NCBI GenBank assembly: GCA_014905635.1
Contig: JABVCE010000037.1
Coordinates: 248,001-268,594, forward strand
Origin: Scenedesmus sp. PABB004
Taxonomy: Eukaryota
Direction: 5' to 3'
DNA: 20,594 bases
A model generated the notes under the pieces. That model made no database searches. It saw nothing but the letters and a program-made list of their open reading frames with translations, and had not been told where the DNA came from. The position numbers and the translations under genes were made by a program. Shown here in pieces: positions 1-10,005 of this stretch. The stretch's first letter is position 1. Each line of letters opens with the position of its first letter.

Positions 1-39
1 CGCAGCGGTCTGCCTGCACACGTCACGCCTCCCGCGCAC

Positions 40-1047
40 CTCCTTCATCACGTAGTACATCTTGCTCTTGTCCCACTGCACCGGGCTGCTGCTCCAGCGC
101 GCGAGCACGCGCAGCACGTTGTTCAGCGCGAAGCGCACGAGCAGCAGGCACGCGGTGATGACCAGGAGCTGCCGGAACGCGATCGACCGCGCGATGCGCC
201 GCACGACCTGGCACCGCGCGCCGGCGCGGCGCGGGGCGCGGCCGGCGGTCGGCGCGGCGCCGCGCGCCGGCTGCTGCCGGCGCCGTCTGCTGCCGGCGCC
301 GGCCGCTGCTCGGCGCGCGGCGCGCGGCGGGCGGCGGGCGGCGCGCGGCGCGGCGGGCGGCGGACCTTTGCGAACGCGTCGGCAAAGCCCAGGTCGCTCG
401 TGAGCTGCAGGCTCATCGACGCGAAGAAGAGGCCGCCGAAGAAGAGCAGGCCGAAGATGAGGACGTAGATGGGCTTCAGGCTGAACGGCGCGGGCGGGGC
501 GCCGCCGGCGCCGCCGGCCGCGTCGGCGCCGCCGCCCGGCGGCGGGCTCGGGCTGCTCGGGCTGCTGCTGCTGCCGCCGCCGGCGCCGGCGCTGCGGGGG
601 CGGGCGCGGGCGCGGGCGGCGCGTCGTGCGGCGGCGGCGGGGGGCGGGCGCGCGGCGTGGGGGCGCGCGCGCGCCGGAGCAGCGGCGGCGCCGCCGCGCA
701 GCTGCCCGCATGGCCGCCGTGGGGCGCCGCCGCGGCGGCGCCGGGCTCCCGGCGGCGCCCCCCCGCGGTGCCCCGCGCCCGGCCGGCGCCTGCGCCCACC
801 TGGGGCCGCCCGCCGCGCCGGCAGGTCCTGCAGAACTGCTGCTACCACCTGCCTGCGCGCCGAGCCTGCTGCCGGCCTCGCGCTGCCCCGGGACGCCTGC
901 TCGCCGCGGGGGCAGCCCCAGCGGCCGCGGCGCCGGCCCGGCTCGCCGGCGCCCTCGGTGCGCGGCATGCGCGAGCGCGGGCGCCCTACACGTGGGCAGG
1001 CCGCGGCCGGCGCGCGGCAGGGCGCCCCACGCGGGCATGAGCTGCAT
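40..1047 (-). CDS. MscS-like mechanosensitive ion channel (plant plastid MSL2/MSL3-like), 5' part only; gene continues off the left edge
   Basis: Two well-supported exons, ~591-366 (...PFSLKPIYVLIFGLLFFGGLFFASMSLQLTSDLGFADAFAK) and 207-40 (VVRRIARSIAFRQLLVITACLLLVRFALNNVLRVLARWSSSPVQWDKSKMYYVMKE), are joined by GT-AG intron 365-208. A GTGCGC donor follows at 39. Hydrophobic helices followed by W-x-K-S-x-x-Y-x-x-M resemble the MSL2/3 N-terminal region. The start (ATG 1047, transit-peptide-like Arg/Ala/Pro-rich N-terminus) and the exons above ~591 are uncertain. The MscS core domain lies outside the window. Confidence 0.6.
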
Positions 1048-2063
1048 GAGGGCCCTCCCGCGGCGCCGTGCTCCCCTCAGGCGCGCGGGGCGGGCATGCT
1101 GCTGCTGCTGCGCCCAGAGTCGTGCTCACGCGGCCGTGCGTGTGCCGGGAAATCGCGCGCGCTGCGTGAGGGCGGGGACTGGGACTGTGGCGGGCGGGCC
1201 AAGCGAGCGGCGCGGAGGACGGCAGCGGCCGCGGTTGAGCAGGGCGTGCGGCGGCGACGCGCGGGGCGTCGCGGCGGGCGTCGTCCTGCGTCCTGCCTGG
1301 TTGCAACCGCTCATCCACTCACCGCCCTGCGTGACTGCCAACTCCAAAGCTCTGCGTCTGCCCGGGCGGCCGCGGCGCCGCGCTTCTCAGCGCGACGCCG
1401 GCGGCCGCGACAATGGAAGGCGCCAATCGAGCGCGAGGTGAACGCTCGGTGGTCGTCAGTCAAGTCCTGCTGTCCGTCTGGCGCCAGGGGGCGCCGCACG
1501 ACGGCGGCGCCCGGCGCCCGGCGCGCCCACCACCCCGAGCAAAGGCGAGCAAGAAGCAGCCTGCCGAACATCAATCGCGGGATCGCGCAAAAACCCCGCC
1601 GCCGCAGCGGCAGGGCGCAAGGGGAAAAGGGGAGAGGGGGCGAAAGAGGGAGAGAGAGAGCAGGCCGGGGGCGCTGCCTCGTGTTCAGGGGCAAGGCAAA
1701 CGGCGGGGCGCGGCTCGCGCGCGCGCGCGGGCGGGCGGGCCTGCGGCAGCACTGAGCTGCACGCCGCGGACGCCTCGCCGCCGCGGCCGCGGCATCGTCG
1801 TCGGCAGCCAGGGGCGCTGCGGCGGCGGCGCACGGACAAACGCGCACGAGAACCAAAAAGAGAGAGAACGCAAGGTTCTGGGCGGCGGGGTGGCGGCACG
1901 AGTGCGCCCCGCCCCGCCCTCCCGTCATATAGTGTACAGCGGCGGCGCCCCGCCGCGCGCCCGCGGTGCGCCAATTGCGCCGCGGGCGGCGGCGGGGGCG
2001 CCGGGCCGCTCCCGACTGCTCGCTCGCTCCGCGCGTCAGCGGAGGTCCGGGCACCTGGCACAG

Positions 2064-2120
2064 GCACGCACACGCACACGCACACGCTCCGGCGCACACG
2101 CACGCACACGCTCCGGCGCA
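2064..2120. repeat. GCACAC microsatellite plus two copies of GCACACGCTCCGGCGCA
   Basis: Read directly: gcacgcacacgcacacgcacacgctccggcgcacacgcacgcacacgctccggcgca, lying downstream of the kinase stop. Confidence 0.7.
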
Positions 2121-2336
2121 AAGGGATATCCCTGGTTTGATTGGTGTACAGCGGCGGCGGCGCCCGCGGGGGCGGGGCCGTCGCGCACACGCGGCTTGGG
2201 GGTCGCCGGCCACGCGCACGCAGCGGGCGCGGCGTTTATTGGGGCAATTGGGGAAGGCCGCGGCGGCGGCGGCGGCGGTGCCGCCGCCGCCCAGCAATTC
2301 GCCTGTGGCAACTGTCGCGCGGCCGGCACGTCCTAG

Positions 2337-3814
2337 CTAGAGCGCCGCCGCCGCGCCCGCCGCGCCCGGGGCGGCCGCCGCCGCGGGCGCGCCCGCCGCG
2401 AGCCAGGGGTGCGCGAGCGCGTCGGCGGCGCTGATGCGCGCGGCGGGGTCGCGCTGGAGCATCGCGGCGATGAGGTCGCGCGCGCCGGGCGACAGCGCGG
2501 CCGCGGCGGGCGCGTCGAGCAGCAGGGGCGCGGTCTGGACGTCCTTCAGCACCTGCCGCGGGTGGATGCGCCCCAGGCCGGCGAGGTCGGTGTCCCAAAA
2601 GGGGAAGCGCAGCGTCAGCAGCTGGTAGAGCTGAGGGCGGGGGGGGGGGGGGGGGGGGGGGGGCAGGCAGCGTCGGCGCTGCACTGCGCGCGCGCGCGCC
2701 GCGCGCTGGGCCGGGGCTCGGCTGGGCGGGCGCCGGCGCGCGCCGGCGCGCGCCGCACCATGACGCCGGCGGCCCACACGTCCATCGCGGCCGAGTGGCA
2801 GCGCTCCGCAATGACCTCCGGCGCCATATACACGGGCGTGCCGCTCAGGCCCTCGAGCACCGCGCATCCGTCGGGGCAGTGCGACGCGCAGCCAAAGTCG
2901 ATCGCGCGCAGCGTGAGCTCGCCGCGCGGCGCGGCGGGGTCGAGCAGGTGCGCCACGCTCGGATAGATGGCGGCGAGCACAAAGTTGGAGGGCTTCACGT
3001 CGCCGTAGACCACGTCGGCGGCGTGGCACGCGGCGAGCGCGCCGAGCACGCCGCGCATCGCGGACGCCGCCTCGGCCTCGCTCAGCGCGCCGCCCGCGTC
3101 GAGCAGGGCCTGCAGGTCGCCGCCCGGGAGCAGGTCCTGCACCAGGAAGAAGTTGCTGGCGTCCTCATACGTGCCGTGCAGCGCCGCGACGTGCGGCGTC
3201 GACGCCGCGAGGCGGCCCCAGAGCGCCGCCTCGCGCGCCGCACTCTCCGCGCGGCCCTCGCCGCCCTTGCGCTTGGGCAGGATCTTGACGGCGAAGCTCG
3301 CGCCGGTCTCCAAGAGCGTGCAGGCCCGGACCGTGCCGTAGCTCCCCTGGCGCGCGGGCGGGCGGAGGCGCGCCGGCGCGCAGGGCGTCGGCTGCGCGTG
3401 CCGCGCGCATGCCACGTCCGGCGCGCGCGTCCGGCTTGCACCATGGAGAGCCGCCGCTGCCCGTCCCCGCCCCCTCACCTGCCCCAGGGTCTCGCCGAGC
3501 GCGAAGCGGTCGAAGAACGAGGGCGCCGCCGGCGCGAGCGGCGGCGGCGGCGCGCCCGCGCCCGGGAGCTGCAGCGAGCTCAGGGCGCTCTCCAGGGCGG
3601 TCCCCAGGTCCACCAGGCATCCGCCGTGCGCCGCGGGCGGCGCCTTGAGCGCCGCGGGCGCGACGCAGGCCTGCGCCAGCGCGGCTGCCACCATCGCCCG
3701 GCTGGCCCTCCGGCGCGCGTGCCGCGGCGGCTGCGCGGGCGCGGTCACGCCGCCTGGCGGCGCCCGGCCGGCCCGCAGCTGCCGCGGGCGCGCCAGCACG
3801 GCGGCGCGCAGCAT
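2337..3814 (-). CDS. Ser/Thr protein kinase, CDPK/CAMK-like catalytic domain, no EF-hands
   Basis: Exons 3814-3479, 3346-2759 and 2630-2337, with both introns GT-AG. The spliced product has LGQGSYGTV (Gly loop), FAVK, YGDVKPSNF (catalytic loop), IDFG, GTPVYMAPE, DVWAAGVMLYQLL and RISAADALAHPWL. A probable 5'UTR intron lies at ~4005-3820. Confidence 0.93.
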
Positions 3815-4251
3815 CGTGCCTGCACAGGGCAGCAGGGAGCCGGGAGTGAGCGTGACGTGTGCGTGCGCGGCGCGCGCGAGGCGGCGCGCGCCACGATCGG
3901 CTCCACCCTGAGCGGCGGCGTGCCTGGGGCGCGCCGGCCGCGCCCGGCGCGCGCCCCGCCCGCTGCGGCGGGCCGGCGCGCGCGGCATCGCGTGTTGCGC
4001 CGCACCTGGCGCTCGTCGCGCCCCGACGGCGTCGTCACTCCGTGCACCCTGGCCTCTAGGCGCAGCTCTGATCTGCGGCGCACGCTCCGCGGCACCTGGA
4101 CGCTGCTGTGTCTTGGGCCTGGCTAGGCTCGGCTGCGCTGCTGCGCGCGTGGGGCTGCGTGGGTGGCGTGTTTGGTCTACGCGGTCAGCGACCGAATCCA
4201 CACTGCCCGCGGCCCGGGTACGGGCGGCGACGCCGTGCGTGCGCTGGCGGG
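3487..4251. repeat. 765-bp direct repeat, copy A (kinase exon 1, 5'UTR and upstream region)
   Basis: Aligns without gaps to 5517-6281 (offset 2030). I found 4 substitutions by eye (3600/5630, 3646/5676, 4026/6056, 4055/6085). Confidence 0.97.
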
Positions 4252-4440
4252 GCGCAGGGTCGGGGACTGACAACCAGCGTCGAATGGCGAGCGCAGCCCA
4301 CGGCCCGCCTCCTCGGTCGCAGCCCTCCGCACACCACTCGTTGCCAGCCCGCGCCGCCGTCCGGGGCTCGCCGCCGCAGCGCGGCGCGGGGCATCAGCTT
4401 CTGCGCCGCCGCCCAGCCAGCGCGGCTCGATCGCGCCGGC

Positions 4441-5468
4441 ATGGCCGTGAGCAAGGCGGCGGAGCAGGCGGCGCTGAAGAGCCTGCAGGACCTGCTGCGC
4501 CAGGCGCGCGCCCGCGAAGCAGCGGCGCCGCGACCGCACCCCGCGCGCTGGCCGAGCGCCGCCGCTGCGCGCGTCGCACGCAGCTGTACGAGCTGGAGGC
4601 GGGCCTGGGCGACTTCACCGCCCCCAACTCGCAGGAGCTGCTCGCCGCGCGGCTGTGAGCGCGGCCGCCGCGGGGCGGCGACAGCCCGCGCCGAATCGCC
4701 GCCGCGCCGCGCCCGCGCCGCGACCGACGCCCGCCGGCGCTCGTCGCGCAGGCAGGAGTTTTTGGACGGCGTGCAGGCGTTCAAGGCGGCCGCGGGGGCG
4801 TACAGCGGCACACAAGTGCCGACGGCGCTCTGCAGGCGCGCGATCCAGCGGCGGCGGCGGCGCGCGGCTGCGTCCGTGCGCAGCGGCGGCGACGCGCGCG
4901 AACAGCGCACACCGCGCGGCGCCGACGCCGGCGCGGCGGCGCTGCCCGTCGCGGCAGGTTTGTGGACGCGGGCGGCCACCCCGACGACTTTGTGCGGCTG
5001 GCCTTTCGCAGCGCGGTCGCCGACAGCCAGGTGGGCGGCACGGCACGAGCAGGCCACGAGCAGGCAGCGCGGCGTGCGGGCTGGCAGGCAGCGCGCACGC
5101 GGCGTGCGGGACGGCAGCGAGCCGCGCCGAGCCGCGCCGCGCCGTGCCGCTCCGCGCGCCCGCAGCTGGCGGCGGGGCGCGTGGCCGCGATGCAGGCGCT
5201 GCGGGAGGAGCTGCTGGCCCAGACGGCTGCGGCGTTCCCCGAGGCAGCGGCCGCGTACGAGTGAGCGCCGCACGCGGCGCCGGGGCGCGGCCGCCGCCGC
5301 AGCCGCCGCCACAGCCGCCGCCGCAGCAGCAGCAGCCGCCGCCGCAGCCGCCGCCGCAGCGAGGTGCGCGGCCTCACTTTCCGCCGCCGCCACCCTCTGA
5401 CGCGCAGCGAGGTCGTGCAGGCAAAGCAGGCGCAGGCGCAGGAGCCGGGCAAGGCGGCGGGCGGCTGA
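4441..5468 (+). CDS. MED10: Mediator of RNA polymerase II transcription subunit 10
   Basis: Exons 4441-4503, 4584-4654, 4752-4835, 4958-5030, 5166-5260 and 5408-5468 give MAVSKAAEQAALKSLQDLLRQLYELEAGLGDFTAPNSQELLAARLQEFLDGVQAFKAAAGAYSGTQVPTALCRFVDAGGHPDDFVRLAFRSAVADSQLAAGRVAAMQALREELLAQTAAAFPEAAAAYDEVVQAKQAQAQEPGKAAGG. This matches the Med10/Nut2 pattern (DF..SQ..L..R; VP..v..yiD.G.nPD.F; G+..A...LR..L......FPE....Y). Introns 1 and 3 are GC-AG. The last exon is inferred from GA|GTGAGC and CTGAC..CAG; without it the CDS ends at 5264. Confidence 0.88.
5291..5359. repeat. GCC/GCA trinucleotide low-complexity tract (within the inferred last MED10 intron)
   Basis: Run of ccgccgccgcagccgcc...gcagcagcagcagccgccgcc read directly. 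Confidence 0.7.
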
Positions 5469-5516
5469 GGCGCGCGGTGCGCACGGAGCGGCAACGTTCC
5501 GCAGCTGCGAGGCCCG

Positions 5517-6281
5517 GGGTCTCGCCGAGCGCGAAGCGGTCGAAGAACGAGGGCGCCGCCGGCGCGAGCGGCGGCGGCGGCGCGCCCGCGCCCGGGAGCT
5601 GCAGCGAGCTCAGGGCGCTCTCCAGGGCGATCCCCAGGTCCACCAGGCATCCGCCGTGCGCCGCGGGCGGCGCCTCGAGCGCCGCGGGCGCGACGCAGGC
5701 CTGCGCCAGCGCGGCTGCCACCATCGCCCGGCTGGCCCTCCGGCGCGCGTGCCGCGGCGGCTGCGCGGGCGCGGTCACGCCGCCTGGCGGCGCCCGGCCG
5801 GCCCGCAGCTGCCGCGGGCGCGCCAGCACGGCGGCGCGCAGCATCGTGCCTGCACAGGGCAGCAGGGAGCCGGGAGTGAGCGTGACGTGTGCGTGCGCGG
5901 CGCGCGCGAGGCGGCGCGCGCCACGATCGGCTCCACCCTGAGCGGCGGCGTGCCTGGGGCGCGCCGGCCGCGCCCGGCGCGCGCCCCGCCCGCTGCGGCG
6001 GGCCGGCGCGCGCGGCATCGCGTGTTGCGCCGCACCTGGCGCTCGTCGCGCCCCGGCGGCGTCGTCACTCCGTGCACCCTGGCCACTAGGCGCAGCTCTG
6101 ATCTGCGGCGCACGCTCCGCGGCACCTGGACGCTGCTGTGTCTTGGGCCTGGCTAGGCTCGGCTGCGCTGCTGCGCGCGTGGGGCTGCGTGGGTGGCGTG
6201 TTTGGTCTACGCGGTCAGCGACCGAATCCACACTGCCCGCGGCCCGGGTACGGGCGGCGACGCCGTGCGTGCGCTGGCGGG
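5517..6281 (-). pseudogene. 765-bp direct repeat, copy B: truncated duplicate of the kinase upstream region, 5'UTR and exon 1
   Basis: Near-identical to 3487-4251 but stops 8 nt before the end of exon 1 (..FALGET), so it lacks the splice donor and the whole kinase domain. ATG at 5844 reads into unrelated sequence up to a stop at 5374. Confidence 0.9.
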
Positions 6282-6456
6282 AGGAGGGAGGAGGGCGAAG
6301 CACAGGGCCGGGACCGGTCGCCGAGCGTTGAATGGCGCGCCGGCGCACAGCGGGCGTGCATGCGACCAGCCCCGACCACGCGCCAGCAGCGCTCGACTCG
6401 CGCACCGGCGGCCCCGCGTCGCCGCCCGCACAGCCGCACGCGAGCCGCCGGCCGCC

Positions 6457-7543
6457 TCAGCCATACCCCGCACCGCCCGCTGCCTCTGCCTCGGCCTGCA
6501 GGCGCTTGCACACGGCCTTGTGCCCCGCCCGCCAGTACGCCTTGTGGCAGGCGGGCCCGCACACGCGCGCCACGCGGCACGCCGCGCACAGGTGGTGGGT
6601 GCCCTTGACCAGCGCCGCCTCGCTCAGGCCCGCCAGGTTGGCGCAGCCGGGGTTGGAGCACGCGCTGCGCAGCGGCAGCGCGCCGGACACCGCGCCGCCC
6701 AGCGCGGCCAGCTGTGCCGCCAGCGCCGGGCCGACAGCCACGCGCAGCACAGCCAGCTGCGCTGCCGCGTAGCCGCTGCCCGGCCCAGCGGCCTGCAGGC
6801 GCTCCGGCGCCGCCGCCAGCACGTCGCTCGCCGCCGCCGCCTGCTCTGCCAGGGGCGCCAGCACCGCCGGCGGAAGCAGGCGCGCGCCGAGGCCGCTGGC
6901 GCTGCTGCTCGCCTGGCCGGCCACCGCTGCTGCGCCGTCGTCCTCCGCGAGGCGGGGCAGGGACGCCGCCAGCCACTCCGCGCCCGCCTGCAGGTCGTTG
7001 AGGGTGGCGGCAAGGCTGCCGGGGCGAACTTGGCGCTGCCAGCATGTGAGCCGACGTCAGGGCCGGCCTCCGCGCCAGCCGGCGGCGCCAGCACCCGCCC
7101 TGCCAGCGCCAGGCCGCGCGCCGCCAGCGCCAGCCAGGGTGCCAGCTCGTCGTAGCTGATGCTGCTGTCGCTGCCGCTTCCGCTGCCGCCGCTGCTGGGG
7201 CTGCCGCCTGCTGGCCCCCCAGCAGGCAGGGCACCGCGGCCGCGCACTGGGTGGCGACCGCAAGAGCGGCTGCCTGCGCGTCGCTGTCGCCGCCGGCTCG
7301 CGCCGCCGCAACCTTGAGGGCCGTGGTGAGCAGCGCCGCCAGGGCCGGCGTGGGCTGCAGCCCGCACGGCTGCGTGCACAGATGTGACAGGCACACGGCC
7401 GCTGCCAGCTGCAGCGCGGGGCCGTCCGTGGCGGTGCGCAGCGCCGCCTCCGCCCCTGCGGCGGCCGTGCCCGGCTGCTCCGCCAGCTCCGCCAGCAGCG
7501 CAGCTTTGGTGGGGCCTGGGCGGCAGCGGCAGGCAGCGGCGGC

Positions 7544-7574
<31 letters not shown>

Positions 7575-9184
7575 GCGGCGGCGGCGTGAGCACGCATGAG
7601 CCCCGCCGCAGCTGCGGCACACAGCTGCCACCATGCTCAGTGCACATGCGCCCACCTGCACGGCACATCTCCATCAGCAGCTGCAGCAGGCTCGCTGCGC
7701 AGCGCTGGTGCAAGCCCTGCGCCCGCTCCTCAGCGGTTGCGCGCTGCAGCCTGCTCAGCAGCGCGCCCGGCAGCAGGCGCGCAGCTTGTGCGTCGCCGAG
7801 GCAGGCGGGCCCAGCTTCCCGCCCTGCAACGCGCACGGCAGCCACCAGGGCGCGCAAGCAGTTGTTGAGCTCCAGCAGGTCAGGAGCGAGCACACACCCC
7901 TGCACGAGAACGCCGACCGCCGCCGCCACCCAGGCGCGGAGCTCGTGGGCGCTGGCCAGGCTCCCCTCGTCGCTGCCCTGATCGATGGCAGCGCGCCCGA
8001 GCATAAAAAGGAGGGTAACTGATACCCAACTAGGAAGGAATGGTTTGAACGTCTGCAGCTCAAGCAGTCCCTCAAGCCCCTCGAGACCCAGCGCCGCCTG
8101 CAGGCGGCCCACGGCCGCTGCCAGCGCCTCCGGCTGCTGCCGCCCGCTGCCGCTGCGCGCCTGGTGGTCGCCCTCCTGCTGCGCCTTGCTGGCGGCGCAC
8201 GCGGCGAGCGCCGCGAACAGAACAAACTGCACGTGCCGGTCGGCGACGGCGATGTCCAGCGCTGCGACGAGCTCGCTGCCAGCGCGGCCGCCCTGCATGT
8301 GCTGCAGCGACGTGAGCGTCATGCAAATGATTCCAGTGATCAGGTGCACAGCAGTGAGGGCCGGCTCTGCACTGGAGTTGTCTGAGCAGGCACCGGCACG
8401 CACAGCCCGCCCGTGCAGCGTCAGCGACGCGGCAGCGAGCCGCGCGGGCGGCGCCAGCTGGGCCAGCTGGGCCACCAGCACGGCGCTGGGCGTCGTTGCC
8501 TCTGCCTCTGCCAGAGCGGCCCAGGTTCGCAGGACGGCCCCTGAGGTGTCTTCTAGGGGCTGCAGGCCGCTGTGGTCCTTTAGCTGCAGCTGCTGCTCCT
8601 CCAGCTCGCGCGTCGCGTGCTCCAGCTCCGCCGCCAGCGGCCCAGCAGCGGCCACCAGCGCTGACAGCAGGCCTGCGCGGCGCGGGGCGGCGAGCGGGTC
8701 AGCCGCTGGTCAAGCAGCGCCAGCTCAGCGCGCTGCTGGCCCACCGCGCCCATGCGCTCCACCCACCCTGCTCGCGCAGCTGCTGCACCAGCTCCGCCTT
8801 GTCGCTGCCACGTGGGAAGGCTGCGCGCCTCACGTGGACAGTCAGCGCCTCCAGCAGCATCTCTGCCATCCTCGCGCCACTGAGGCTGCACTGCCAGCTT
8901 CGCCGCCCGCCGCCTGGCTCCGCCAGCAGCGCCAGGCCCCGCGCCTCCGCGCGGCCCAGCAGCGGCAGCACGCGCAGCACGACCGGGTCGGGCGCAAAGC
9001 CGGCGGGGTCGGGCGCCGGGGCCGCCTGCCACTGCTCCCAGGCTGCCGACGTTCGTGCATGTAGCAATCCCATGGCGGGCTCCAGCGCCTCGTACGCGGC
9101 CAGGTCGGGCGCCGCCGCCGCGCGCTCAAGCGTCGCGGAGGCCTCCGCCGCCCGGCGCCGGTCGGCGGCGTTGGGGCGCGGCAT
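6457..9184 (-). CDS. Ala/Leu-rich helical protein with C-terminal MYND-type zinc finger (green-algal expanded family); two apparent frameshifts
   Basis: Exons 9184-8767, 8672-7656 and 7515-6457 (GT-AG introns). The C-terminus is CSNPGCANLAGLSEAALVKGTHHLCAACRVARVCGPACHKAYWRAGHKAVC (CxNPxC followed by MYND CxxC..C...C...W...H...C). The last exon needs +1 nt at ~7215-7220 and +1 nt at ~7021-7024, both homopolymer runs. Confidence 0.8.
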
Positions 9185-10005
9185 GTGTGTGCGCCGGGGG
9201 GCTGCGGGGCAGGGGACCGCCAGCAGCAGGCGGCGGGCAGGTGCGTGAGCGGCAGCGAGGGCGGCGAGCGGCGGAGCAGCAGCGCCCGCCGCCTGGTGCC
9301 CGCCGCCCGCCGCCCGACCCAGCGGCCGCTATGATCGCTGCGGCGCCGCACCGCGCACCCGGTCAGGCGCGGGGCCAGGCACGCCGGCCAGGGCCCGGGG
9401 CGGCGCAGGCAGCGGCGGCGCTGCGCGGCGCGCCCCGGCCGCACGCGGCCGCTGGGCGCGGATCTGGCGGAGCCCCGCGGTCAGGGCCGCTCAGAGTCAG
9501 CGCTGGCGCAAGGTGCGGGGCGTGTGGGCGCTCAGGCTGGGGCGGGGGCGCGGGGTCGGGCGGCGGCGGCGTGAACACGCGGCGGCGGCTGTGTGCGCGG
9601 GCGCCGGCCGGCGGCGCGGTGTGCGTGGACGGGCCACACGGGCGAGCCCGCACGGCGGCGGACCGGCGGCGGCGCAGGGGCGCCCGGAACCGCCGCGTTT
9701 GACGCCCAGGCGCGCCGCCCGGTGCGCGCTGCGGTCGGGCACGCGGCCTGCCGGCCGGGGCACGCACGCCGCCGCCAGCTGCTGGTCCAGCCAGCCTGGT
9801 GTCAGGCGTGTGCGCCGAGAGGTCCCTGCTCGCTCCGGCCGGTGGTGAGCGCTGGCTGGACCCCGGGCGCCGGCGCACAGCGAGCGCGCGCGAGTCGCAA
9901 CAGCCACCTCACAAGTCGCAGTCTCCTCCTCAGCACAGATGGTTCAGGGCAGATCGTCGGCCAACAGATGGGTTGGGTGGCTCTCTCAGCACCCTCGCGC
10001 GCCGC

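Noticed and set aside
2064..2120. CRISPR-like or other spaced repeat array
   Set aside because: Only a microsatellite-derived duplication, with no unique spacers and no cas genes, in a eukaryotic context.
469..2340. Long ORFs 469-1755 (+), 1311-2297 (-) and 1413-2336 (+)
   Set aside because: Arg/Ala/Gly/Pro low-complexity translations with no motifs. Long stop-free frames are expected at this GC content. The region is best read as the kinase 3' flank and the MscS-like 5' region.
2639..2663. Poly-G tracts (also ~18142-18156 and ~19609-19620) as functional G-quadruplex elements
   Set aside because: All are intronic. Two are C-rich tracts near minus-strand acceptors, and nothing supports a further function.
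3487..6281. LTR retrotransposon or composite transposon interpretation of the direct repeats
   Set aside because: The repeat is host kinase exon/UTR sequence, with no TG...CA ends, PBS/PPT, gag/pol or transposase. The interior is intron-containing MED10.
7015..7225. Programmed frameshifting or insertional RNA editing
   Set aside because: No slippery heptamer or stimulatory structure is evident. The same indel pattern occurs in unrelated genes, which points to sequencing error.
9185..10005. ORFs between the MYND and LRR genes (e.g. 9055-9702 +, 9363-9878 -)
   Set aside because: No recognisable domain or coherent exon chain; treated as intergenic/UTR.
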